Of a stretch of DNA of 64,000 bases, positions 50,935 through 62,417 are shown piece by piece (position 1 is the stretch's first letter; each line of letters starts with the position of its first letter). The stretch covers positions 186,001 through 250,000 of the forward strand of contig NIVC01000713.1 in the NCBI GenBank assembly GCA_002269645.1. The letters are read 5' to 3'. Made by a program: the position numbers and the translations under genes. The notes beneath the pieces are model-generated. The model was given only the letters and a program-made list of their open reading frames with translations. It was not told the DNA's origin and did no database searches. The DNA comes from Macrostomum lignano. Its lineage: Eukaryota.

Positions 50935-53900
50935 TGTTGTGAATGTGCATGCTCAATGCTATTATGTAACGTACGCGCATCGATGTACATCTAGCTCGTA
51001 TCAGTCAGATAATATATATTGGCTAGCTCACTATAGCTGAGAGCCACCTCTCCTCTCCTTCGCCTTAAGTGAAATTGATTTCATTCATTTGGCCAGCGGT
51101 CACAACACTGGCATCGCAAGCAGGGACTTAGCGAAAAACCACCCCGCGCAAAACTCAACTCACGGCAGCCAAGGCCCACAAGTCAAACTCTCGCTATCGC
51201 CTTGCAATTCTGCAAACTCAACTCAGTAAATTTAGAAATGAGCAGCTCTGACAACGCCACAGCGCCAGCGCTACGACTAAACCTCAGAGAACCGCCTCCA
51301 TTTCTCGACAACCCAGGAACACCTGTGGTTTCATGGGAAACTTGGGCCGCTGAGTTCGACAACTACCTGCTAGCGTCAGGAGTCGACGGCTTGCAAGAAG
51401 CCAGGAAGATAGCACTGCTCGTGCACTGCCTCGGGCGGGAAGGAGTGCGAGTCTACCGGACTCTCATCAATTCTCCAGATGAAGCTCCAGCGACACTCGA
51501 AGCTGCATGCAAACTGCTCAAGGAGCACTTTCAACCCACCGTCAGCGTGTATGCCAAGCGCCATTACTTCCGGAAGTGCGTCCAGCGGGGCGGCGAAGGC
51601 GTGCACGCATTCGTGGCAAACTTGCGTCATGCCGCCAGAGACTGCGAGTTCCAGAGCCTTCACGACGACCTCATCCTGGACCAGCTGATCTTCGGCACTT
51701 CATCAGCGAAGGTGCTCGAACGCCTCCTGCTAGAGCAAGAGCTCACCCTGGACGGAGCAATCCAGATTGCCGCCCAGGTGGAAAAAGCTGTCCAGAGCGA
51801 GAAATCCTTGACCGGCAAGAATGCAGCTGACGACGGCATCAGGAAGATCAACGCCAAGAGAGCTCCGATCGGCACCAGAGGCCAGGCAGCGCGACCAACG
51901 CAGGAGCCCTGCTGCTCGCACTGCGGTAAGCCGGGCCACCGCACAGGCAGCGACCCGCGCTGCGCTGCCCGTGGCAAAGCGTGTAAGAAGTGCGGAAAGC
52001 TCAACCATTTCGCCAGCGTGTGCAAGAGCAGCACCACGGCACCGCACTCGGCTCAGAATAATGTTCAAGGCGTCGACTTCGACAGCTCCGCTCAGCAAAG
52101 CATCATCGCCGTCAGCGCGGACAAGAAGGGCGAGTACAAGAGAGCCAGCGTCAGGATCAACGGGTTCAGCACTCCGCTGTTGGTGGACACAGCTGCCAAG
52201 GTCTCCATCATCAACATGCAGACCTGCCGGAAGATTTTCGGCCCCAAGGTCCCCCTGCGACCGTCTGGGAGACAGCTCGTGTCGTACAACGGCTCCAGCA
52301 TCAGCGTCGCCGGCGAGGTCGACGCCACGGTCGAGTTCGACTGCTGCGTCCAGCTCCCATCGTTCACCTTCACCGTCGTCATGGACGGCGATGACCTGAT
52401 GGGAATCGACCTGATGGACAAGCTGAACTGCAGAGTTCTCGGGCCTTCCGGACATCAGATTGCTGCGGTCGAGTCCGAGGAGCCTTTGACCACGTCGCTG
52501 CCCGAATGGATTCCAGCTAAGTACCACGCCTTGGGCACCGGACTCGGTGAGATCAAAGGGTTCTGCCACCGTCCCAGAGTTGACCCAACTGTGCCTCCCG
52601 TAGCTCAGCGTCTGCGCCGACTGCCTCTAGCGCTGCGCCAGGAGTGCGACAGCGAGATTCAACGCTGGGAGGAAGAAGGCATCATCGAGCGAGTCGACGG
52701 CGACATCCCTGACTGGCAGTCCAACGTCACCTGTGCCCGCAAGGCCGATGGGAAGCTGCGCCTCTGCGTTGATCTGCGAAGCGCCTACCTTTGCCGACCT
52801 GGTGACCGAATTCGAATTCGAAGTTTTTCTCAAGAATCGACCTCAACCAGTCGTATCTACAGCTGCCTCTGCATGATGACGCCAAGAATCTGACCTGCTT
52901 CCACACCGAATCCGGCCTCTACCGATTCAGACGGATGCCGTTCGGCATCAGCTCGGCTCCGGCGGCCTTCCAGAAGGTCGTCGGCAAGATCCTCCAAGGC
53001 ATCAGAGGCGTCGTTCACTATCAAGACGACATCGCCGTTCACGCCGCTACGGAAGCCGAGCACGAAATTCGCGTACTTCAGGTACTGGACAAGCTGCTGC
53101 AGCATCGAGTAACCGTCAACCTCAAGAAGTGCACCTTCAAGGCGCCGGAGATCGAATTCGTCGGACACCGCGTCAGCGCAGCGGGAATTCAACCTCTCCA
53201 GTCGCACACCGTGTCCGTATCGGAACTCAAGGCACCCACAAATACGGCAGAGTTGGCTTCATTCCTCGGCTTTGCAAAGTTCTTCCAGTTCTACATCAAG
53301 AACCTGTCTCACGTCGCCGAGCCGCTGACAGCGCTCCTGCGCAAGGACGCGCCATGGAACTGGGACGCGAAATGCGAGGCGGCCTTCAGCGAAGTGAAGC
53401 GGCTCATCTCATCAGCACCGTGCCTGAAGTTCTTCGACCAAGATCACGAAACCGTCGTCTCCTGCGACAGCAGCGACGTCGCCCTGGGCGCGACCCTGAG
53501 CCAAGTCGACAAGCACGGACAGCTGTGGCCAGTCGCCTTCGCCTCGCGAGCCCTATCCGACACCGAGCGCCGCTACTCTGCGTCAGAGAAAGAGGCCTTG
53601 GCCTGCGTCTGGAGCTGCGAGCATTGGCACCTGCTGCTGTACGGTCGCAAGTTCAAGCTTCTCACCGACCATCGAGCGCTGACGACCCTGCTGTCACCTC
53701 GAGGAGTCGGCCAACGACCTCTTCGACTTCAGCGCTGGTGCGAGCGACTCTTCGTCTACGACTTCGACATCGAGTACGTCCCCGGCAAGCTCAACGTCCA
53801 GCCCGACTTTCTGTCTCGCTACGGCTACGACGGCAAGAGCGCAGCCAACGAGTCCAATGAGCAGCACCAGAGCGAGTCCGACATCAACCTGGTGCTGGCC

Positions 53901-55523
53901 AGAAGTGCCGAGCCGATCTCAGTCACTCAACTGGCCGACGCAACCAAGAGCGACAACCAACTGCAGCGAGTCATCGGGTTCCTCATCAACGGATGGCCAG
54001 CCGAGGTTCCAGCCGACCTGAAGGGCTTCCACCAGGTGCAACACGAGCTCTACCTGTGGAACGATGGTTGCTGCCTGGCGAGAGGCAGCCGAGATCCCGA
54101 CTGACCTCCGCGACCTTGTGCTGGCAGAGGCGCATCAAGGACATCTCGGCGTCGCCAAGGTCAAGGCGCGGTGCCGCGATACGGTCTGGTGGCCGCGCAT
54201 CGACAGCGACGTGGAGGCCTTCGTGCAGAACTGCAGTGCCTGCGTCCTGTCCGAGAAAGCGTTCAAGCCGATCAAGGTCCCATGGTCAACGACGGAGCTA
54301 CCAGCGGGTCCATGGCGACAGCTGCAAGTCGATATAGTTGGAGAGCTGCCGGAAGCCAATGTGCCTCAGTCCCATCGATTTATCATTGTCGTCCACGATC
54401 TCTACTCCAAGTGGCCTGAGATCATCGCATCTTCATCCGTGACTTCCGCTCCCTGTATCGAAGCCCTTCGCAGCCTGTTCGTCCGCTGGGGGCTTCCAGA
54501 CGAAATTACCACGGACAACGGACCTCAGTTTGTGTCAACTGAGTTCACGGACTTCCTCAGCTCGCTCGGCATCAAGCACCGACGCACTCCGTTCTACTGT
54601 CCACAGCAGAATGGCGGAGTCGAGAGATTCAACGGCTTCATCAAGACGTCACTGCGCGGACTACTCGCCGACGGTGTGCCAGTAAAGCAGGCGGTTCAGG
54701 AGCTGCTGCTCGCGTATCGATCATCTGAGCACGCGCTGACGAAGAAGTCGCCGGCCGAACTGATGCTGGGACGGAAGCTCCGCCTGCCTCTCGATCGTCT
54801 TCAACCAGCAAGCACCGAGTCCACGACGGACCAGGAGCTGCGGCGCAGCGTCACGGAGCGACAGCAGCGGGCCAAGAGCCGCCGCCGGATGCGCAAGCGG
54901 AACCAACCGCTGAAGGACGCAGCGCTGAGTGTCGGGAGCCGCATCCGCGTCCGCCGGCCGAGGCGCGGAAAGCTCAGCAGCGGCGTCTCCGAGCCACAGA
55001 CAGTCGTCAGTCGCGAGGGCAACAACATCACTCTGACCGATGGCAGCCGCTGGCACATCAGCCGCTGCATCCTTGATGACTACCACGGCTGGGGTGACGG
55101 GGCCGATGACACAGAGGCTCTGCAACAGCCGGACGGCGGGCAACCAGAGGCGCCACCGCCAACGCCACCGCTGCGCCGCTCTGAGAGACTTCGTGCACCG
55201 CCTCAATGGTTCGGCAACGTTGTGACTCACGATTGACTGACTTGACTAACTGACTGCTCATGCACCGAAAACTGTTCCATTGACATTGCTTGATTTAATG
55301 CGTCTGCTTATCCCACTCGTAATCTGTCACCTCTTTGCACGGGGGGATGATGTTGTGAATGTGCATGCTCAATGCTATTATGTAACGTACGCGCATCGAT
55401 GTACATCTAGCTCGTATCAGTCAGATAATATATATTGGCTAGCTCACTATAGCTGAGAGCCACCTCTCCTCTCCTTCGCCTTAAGTGAAATTGATTTCAT
55501 TCATTTGGCCAGCGGCCACAACA
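50935..55523 (+). mobile_element. Full-length Ty3/Gypsy LTR retrotransposon B, 4589 bp, very young
   Basis: 173-bp LTRs at 50935-51107 and 55351-55523 (172/173 identical, TGTTGT...ACAACA). 5-bp TSD CACAG on both sides. PBS-like TGGCATCGCAAG follows the 5' LTR, and the PPT GGGGGGATGA is at 55341-55350. Confidence 0.97.
51238..55236 (+). pseudogene. gag-pol of element B, frameshifted near 52780-52825 and ~54095
   Basis: Two CCHC knuckles (CSHCGKPGH, CKKCGKLNHFASVC), protease LLVDTAA, RT YQDD, RNase H (SCDSS...TDH), integrase zinc finger (HQGHLG...C..C) and D,D35E (VDIVG, TDNGPQF, NGGVERFN). Confidence 0.92.
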
Positions 55524-58500
55524 CACAGCAAACACGGCCTCCGTCTCAGTTACTACAGATGGTTCGGCTATAATTACTCGTACATGTAGATATCAATTCA
55601 TAAGCGAGTACATACCTGTACATACCTGTACAGATGGTTCGGCTATAATTACATGTAGCTATCAATTTATAAGCGAGTACATACCTGTACGTATTAATTT
55701 TCGAGCTTTCGATGTGTACAAAAAATACAAATACGCAATTGTGGGGTATAACGGTCTCGTCGCCGAATTAGCGGCAAAATGCTTCACCGCCGAGAATAAA
55801 TCAGCAGAGAAAATTTTTGGCGAAACTTGACTAGATGGAGTTACAGCCGTACATTTGCGTGTTACGTTCAGGAATTTGAACACGTAGTATACACTTTTCA
55901 TCTTATTTAAGTAAGATTCAGAGCCTTAGAATGAGTTTTTTCAAGCATTGACTGTGAAAATTACAACTGTGAATCTGTTTGCAAAGATCTTATAGACACT
56001 TCTTTTTTGCGTCACGGAACGAATGTGTAATTTATTTACATTTTCGAGAGAAATATAAGAAATTAATATGTATGACTAAAAGTTTGTACTGTCGTTTAAT
56101 TTGTTTATAAAAGACAGAAAAGTTAACTTCACTTTAATCTTAATACCAGTAATTTTTGTCACTTGTTATAACTGGTTAACACGAAACCGTAGGTTTTTTA
56201 ATTCGCTGAAGTTTTTTCCGTTTCTATAGTATCAGTATGCTAAGCGCGGATTCAAATAAAATTACATCAAGGAAGGATCTGGGTCGTTCTCAAAGTTTAG
56301 TCGTAAGCAGTGAAACAAATATTTTTAAAATTCAGCCTGAAATATTGAGTCATTTCTCTTTTTAGCTGTAAAAAGAGTTTAAAAATAAACGCCTTTTATG
56401 GGTCTTAATCTTTTTTCACATTGAACTTTTGATGTCAATCTTAACAGAGTGCACTATTTCATTTTTCGATATAATTTTTATTATCGCACGAGCTATAATA
56501 CCCACTTTAGAGAAGCTGCATTCTGTTCACGTGGTCTTATTAAAGAAGAAAACTAATAAATGTTATTTATATCTTTGGTTAGTACAACCTAAAACCCATT
56601 TAACTCTTTTGATTGCAAAGCAGATGTTGCTATTTCGATTTTTGCTAGAAACGTAACATTATGAATGATAAAAAATCCACTTTTAATTTTATTTGTTCTG
56701 TTGATAGAATCGGCTACTAGCTGCGTGTTAATCTGTTTTTTAAGAAAGATAGTCATATCTAACACTAAAGTGTCAGTTAAGGCAGTTTCATTCTATAATA
56801 AAACAGAAAAGTTAATTTAATTCAATTTTAAGTTTTTTTCAATAGCACAAAATTAACCTAACAAAGAGCGATTTAGCTGACTACAACAAAGCAAGTAGCA
56901 CCAAAATTATTTTAATTCAAAGCCTTCATCTGTGGGATGAGAAAAAGTACCTCTTTTTTGTCTCTAGTTAAGAAAAAAAATTTCTCAGCACATTGTTAGG
57001 TTTTTTGGATGTTTTTTCATGTATTTAGATGAATTTTTGCAATTGATCACCCACTATGTTAGTCAGAACAAACAGAATTTGATTTATTTAGCTAAAATCG
57101 ACTATTTTTCTCTTGGAAACAGTCGTTAATTTTTGTTGTTTTCACTCAGAAAAGACATTTTAACTGATTTAAAATTTGTAGTGTAAGTTACAAGTAAACA
57201 TAATTAGTCAAAACAAGAGGTACATAGTAGAAACTGAAAATAAAGTAAGATTTACGAATAATAAAAACAATTGCATGATTTGATTAGTCAAAAAATAGTA
57301 TTAAAACAATTTTGTATCTGATTTATTATCAATGAAATTAGCTGTCTGAAGCACAAGAAATTAATTTCTTTTAAACATTAAATTTATTCTCATATGTGCT
57401 GCACTTCATTAAAGATAGACATGTAGCAACTTAAACATTCAGTTGATACTTTCCACCTTTTGATGCATAGTTACTAACAAGAAAAAAATAAAATAAAAAA
57501 CTTGCCATTGTGCTGGCAATGTAATATTAAATATGGTACAGAAAGATGGAATCTATACAGAGTGCTACGACACGAATTTTTGAAGTATTTAACAGATAAG
57601 TCATGGCAGCACCATAATAACAGACATAATATATTTATATTCTTCTTCGATTGACTTACGCTTTAGATATGTTTTAGATGATGATTTTCCATTGGGACTG
57701 ACTCTATATTTACCGAGGCCGGACACAGTTAAGTGCGGCTGACAGCACTGGAGCGGCGATTAACAGGGAATGTGATGAGCTGTGGCCTGTGGAGGCAGCC
57801 AGCTGATGCGAGCATCAGTAGAAGGGAAAGACATCTAATAATGTCTTGCTATTGGTTTGTTACATATGACGTCTACTTTTTACAGCAAACGACATCTACT
57901 TTTATTCTAATGTGATCGATTAATTAATTCTACTGACCCAATTGGCTAAAGCACTGCAAACCGCACACCTCTCGCATCATTGTACAGTGGTACTTTGGAT
58001 GTGGTCAGTTCTGCAGGCATCGGTGGTTATCAAATGAGACGAATTGCACCGAGCATGACAGTGCAGGACCAGAATCGATTAAGGAGGTTCACAGTGATCC
58101 ATGCGGCTGCCGAGTCAGACGTCTGTAATAGGCCAATTAACTTACCAAGCCCAAACTACTTAATTTAAATTAATAAAGCTGTTCTATTATGTGCAGCCTA
58201 GCTAATTGCATAAGAAAATTGTAAAATAGTAAAATAGCATTAAAAGCTATGTTGCAGAATATAAATGCTTGCTGAATTCTTTTTTCAAAAGAAAACGCAA
58301 GTCTGTTCGAAAAAAGATACATGTATTTCAGGTTTTAAAAGAAATGGCGTCCTAGCTCATTTACTATATATATTATAATTCAAAATACTTTTAATGCATT
58401 AAAAGACATATTTTGTAAACCTAATTTCTAGCGAAACAATCTTTGTAGATTTTGAGCTTCATATTTAGGTGCTAAGTACAATAATTCAAGTCTTTGAGTT

Positions 58501-59922
58501 GTACAATAACAATTATTTCGGGTGTTTCTTGTTACGCGATAATTTTAAATACAAGCAATTTAGACGAAAAAAACAAAATATTGATTTAAAAATAACATTT
58601 TCTTTTGAAATAATCCTTATTAAATAGTAAAAATAGAATAAAAGATGCATCTTAACCATAAAAATTAAAGAAAACTTGCACTATTTCACGATTTTTGGTC
58701 GTTTTATTCTCCGTTGCGAAAAATAACAAATTGCTAGATTTCGTCTGAAATGTTTAGTTTCTTGTGGTTTTAATGGCAGTTTTTTAATTAAATTGACGAA
58801 ATAATCGTTTTTCACAAAACAATTACTTTATTCGAAAACTTTTTTTTCTGTACCAAAACATCATGACCTTAATTTGAGAACTACCCATCTGCCAGTCAAA
58901 TCCTCAGTTCCAAAGATCTGTCGGACATCACGAATAATTAGGATTATAAAATTTATATGCTATAAAAAGCTATAAGTGCAGTCTGTATTAGATTTATATT
59001 TGTGCTAGTGTAATGGTAGGTTACAGTACGATGTTTGTGAAATATCATTACGAACAAATATTCTAGCTTTACGCATCTGATTTTATGGACAGTATCCACA
59101 GTTGTAATATGCATGTAGGATGGTGATTTAGCATATAGCAGCACTAAAAACTTGTATTTATATGTATTTCCGCAATAAAAACTGTTACTAATAAATGTGA
59201 TCATTATTTCACTAGTGGTATAAGCCTTTAAAAATATAAAGATATTCTGCTTTGTCTGCCTTTTAAGCTATTTATTCAAAGTGAACATGTTAGCTAAATA
59301 AACTTATGTATATTTTTACAAATATTTTAGTTCCAAAGTCAACGCTTAATATTTTCAGTTCATTTTTCATTTTTCTAATTATCATTTATATCATATAATA
59401 AAAGTACTTTGGCAGTTGTATGCAACTTAAGCAATATAAATGCTTCTACATGGTCTGATTTATTAATGATATTATAATATATTTAGTTATTTAGTGTCTT
59501 GCATAACTATTCACTTTTTGTTAATTAATTCCCTTTAATTTAGTTTCAATGCTACTGCTCCAATTCAAGCATTTAGACATTTAAAAACTCATAATAGGAT
59601 TTCTGATTAGAATTCTATCAACTCTCTTATCAAACATCTACGTGCGATCGTGACGTTGTGAGCAGATCACTTTGCATCTATCAACCTTTGCCATGCTTAT
59701 CCAATGGCTCTTCACTGCCCTTCGTCTCGACAATTGTAGTAATTTTCCAAATTTTTCTTGGGGTTATTTTTTGACTTTCCACCTTTTTTACCTGTTAGCC
59801 ATTGTGTTAGGGAATTAGTTTTGCGCGCCACAATCTTGTGGGTGCCGTCTTTTCCGAATCTAGATTTGATAATGCGCTTTGCTAAAAAAAGGACTTTAAC
59901 CACTATTTTTAATTTTTTTAGC

Positions 59923-60465
59923 ATGAGTAACACTAAGTGCTACACTTACGTAGCAAAGCGCAGCCATCCAGCTTCTGAAGATGGCGAAGTCCGAAGTTTG
60001 CGTCCAGGAGACCTTGTTGTATCCACAGAGTTGCCTAAGTTTGACACAGAATACATCAAAGGTCGCAATGAGTCGACGCTTGATGCGGGCTTGTTCTCGA
60101 GCAACTGTCTCGAGCGATGCATCCGAGCTCGCTTGCTCCGTAACTTCAAACAGTTGAGAGCTGGCGCTGAAGCGCTCATTACTGATCTGAGCTTGCAACA
60201 TCCGGGTTGCTCGTTCTACTGCGATGGAAATAGACACACACAACCAATTGAAATGTTTTACTTTGAGCGCGATGATGATTTGGCCGTTGTGATTGGCTCA
60301 TACTCTCCCACAAATGAAGACGAGCTTACCCTTACTGTGGGACAGATTGTATGGATACTTTACAGGCATACCGACAATGCAGATTCTTGTCACTGGTGGA
60401 TTGGCGAGGTCGATGGTCAACGGGCAAGTTACTTTTGTAGCGACTACGTTTGGCCATTAAAAAAG
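59923..60465 (+). CDS. Exon encoding two SH3-like domains (part of ORF 59758..60501)
   Basis: The C-terminal SH3 reads YSPTNEDELTLTVGQIV...WWIGEVDGQR..YFCSDYV. A degenerate N-terminal SH3 reads YVAKRSH...LRPGDLV...YIKGRNESTLDAGLFSSNCLE. An acceptor TTTTTTTAG lies just before the ATG, and a donor AG|GTAAAT is at 60466. Confidence 0.7.
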
Positions 60466-60927
60466 GTAAATCATACTCATTTTGGCAACTGTTACTTATA
60501 GCATCAACAGTAGCATTGTATTACAGGGTCTTGGAGGACAACCCTGATACAAAGCCTTCGTTGGCATATCGTCACACTGCAGCTGGTGAGGCAATGGTCT
60601 CATTGTGGCAACTGCCCGCCTAATTGTTGCAGTCCCTTAGAGCTTTCAAATGCCAATAAATTAAACTTGACTGCCTTAGAATTTGAACAATCTATCCCGA
60701 TATTTTGAGATATAGTATCCTACTACTAAATTCAATGCATGGTTGAAGATTACAGCTATTTAGCTGGGGCGCCCAGACGAGCAGCTCAAATAATTGAAGT
60801 TGTGATTGCACCCAAAGTCTAGTTTTGTTTCATGGCAAAAAGTTTTTAGCAATAATAAGCATGCATTGTAAAAACTCATAAAATCAAGAAATGCTTTTAG
60901 AATACTCGAAACAACTTTCAATTGCAG

Positions 60928-61439
60928 GTCATGACTGTATTGTCTGAACACGTAATCCAAGGCGATTTCGAAAGAGTTCGCCAACTAGCTAGCAGGGAGC
61001 TGATGATGATGCATGGTGATCAAGGCCGCAACGTATTGATGCTAGCAGCCGAATCAAAAAACAGCAGCCCAGGGACCGCTAAGTGTATACATTATCTAGT
61101 ACACCTAGGATGCTGCCCGTATTCCATAGATGCAAAGGGGAACACAGCAGCACATCTGGCAACCCAAAGTGACAACCTTCGATTTCTCACCGCGCTGACT
61201 CACGTAACCGCTGTGCCATTTGACTGGAAGTGGCAGCAAAATGACCAGGGACGCACGCCTCTAATGGAAGCCGCAAGGCTGGGCAACTGGAAGTGCGCGA
61301 AGCATCTGCTGCACCTGTTTCGGCAGCAAAGGTACTATAAAATGAAAGGTTTTGTTGCAAATAATGATCGAAACGGTTTAACTGCGTTCGATATTGCAAA
61401 GGAAAACGGGAATGAGGAAATTGGAAATCTAATAGAAAT
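60928..61439 (+). CDS. Ankyrin-repeat exon (about 4-5 repeats)
   Basis: GRNVLMLAA, GNTAAHLA, GRTPLMEAARLGN and GLTAFDIAKENGN. Acceptor at 60927 and consensus donor GTAAGT at 61440. Confidence 0.85.
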
Positions 61440-61944
61440 GTAAGTTACGAGTAATTATTTTTCAATAGTCTAGCAAATATTAAAGCGATTTAGCGAGTCT
61501 TAGAACTGCTTCATACGATTTCGTTCCAGTGAATGGCAAGCAACTGTGTCTTGGGCGAGGAACTGCCCGCTTACTAAAACCGTTTGCATAAGCAATGAAT
61601 TGGTGAATCTCTTAACTTCTGCTCTAACTATATAGGATTTTTTCATTGTGCAATGGTTGGTGCATTTGGCCTGAAACAGACAAAAATTACGTAAATAAAT
61701 AGATAACATCGATAAAAAGAATAAATTAAAATTCAAGTTTGAGTCTTCAAACTCTACGCAATGGCGTACGCAGAGCGAAGTCCATGGTGGGGAGGCCCCT
61801 CCCCCAAGTGGCTCCTCAAATCACTCTACAAAAAGTTATACTTCTCCAAAAACTAATTTAAAAAGTAACCGACCTCGACCAATGACAGGAGCTTAACTTT
61901 TGCCATCTTTTGAGCATTGCAGCAACCGGCCTAAGAGACAGGAA

Positions 61945-62295
61945 TAGTGGGCGCCCACCAAAAGAGAGAAGGGTACCCACCAAGAGACAGTCGCACCCAC
62001 CAAGAGACAGTGGTACCCACCAAGAGACAGTGGCACCCACCAAAAGAGAGAGGGCGCCCACAAGAGACAGTAACACCCACCAAAATAGAGAGGGGCGCCC
62101 ACCAAGAGACAGTCGCACCCACCAAGAGACAGTGGTACCCATCAAGAGACAGTGGCACCCACCAAAAGAGAGAGGGGCGCCCACCAAGAGACAGTAACAC
62201 CCACCAAAATAGAGAGGGGTGCCCACCAAGAGACAGTGGCACCCACCAAAAGAGAGAGGGGTGCCCACCAAGAGACATTGGCACCCACCAAAAGT
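61945..62295. repeat. Mixed 18/22-bp minisatellite (CCCACCAAGAGACAGTGG / CCCACCAAAAGAGAGAGGGG) in an ankyrin-gene intron
   Basis: Tandem copies are visible. Confidence 0.9.
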
Positions 62296-62417
62296 TTCTA
62301 CGCCACTTTCCAAAAGCATTCATTGCCCAGTTTTTTTCATAGTTTAGCTAAAAAGACTCTATTTTGGACCATTTATTAATGCTATGTTTGCAATACATAA
62401 CTCATATGAAACCATAG

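Noticed and set aside
47019-55261. Numerous long antisense and alternate-frame ORFs over the Gypsy elements
   Set aside because: They are shadows of GC-rich gag-pol coding sequence with no independent motifs.
59758-59922. N-terminal 55 codons of ORF 59758..60501
   Set aside because: This part begins at a non-ATG codon, is T-rich and ends in an acceptor-like tract, so ATG 59923 is the likelier start.
61759-62308. MITE with CAATGGCGTA...TACGCCACTT ends enclosing the minisatellite
   Set aside because: The ends have 2 mismatches in 10 and there is no matching TSD, which is suggestive but not supportable.
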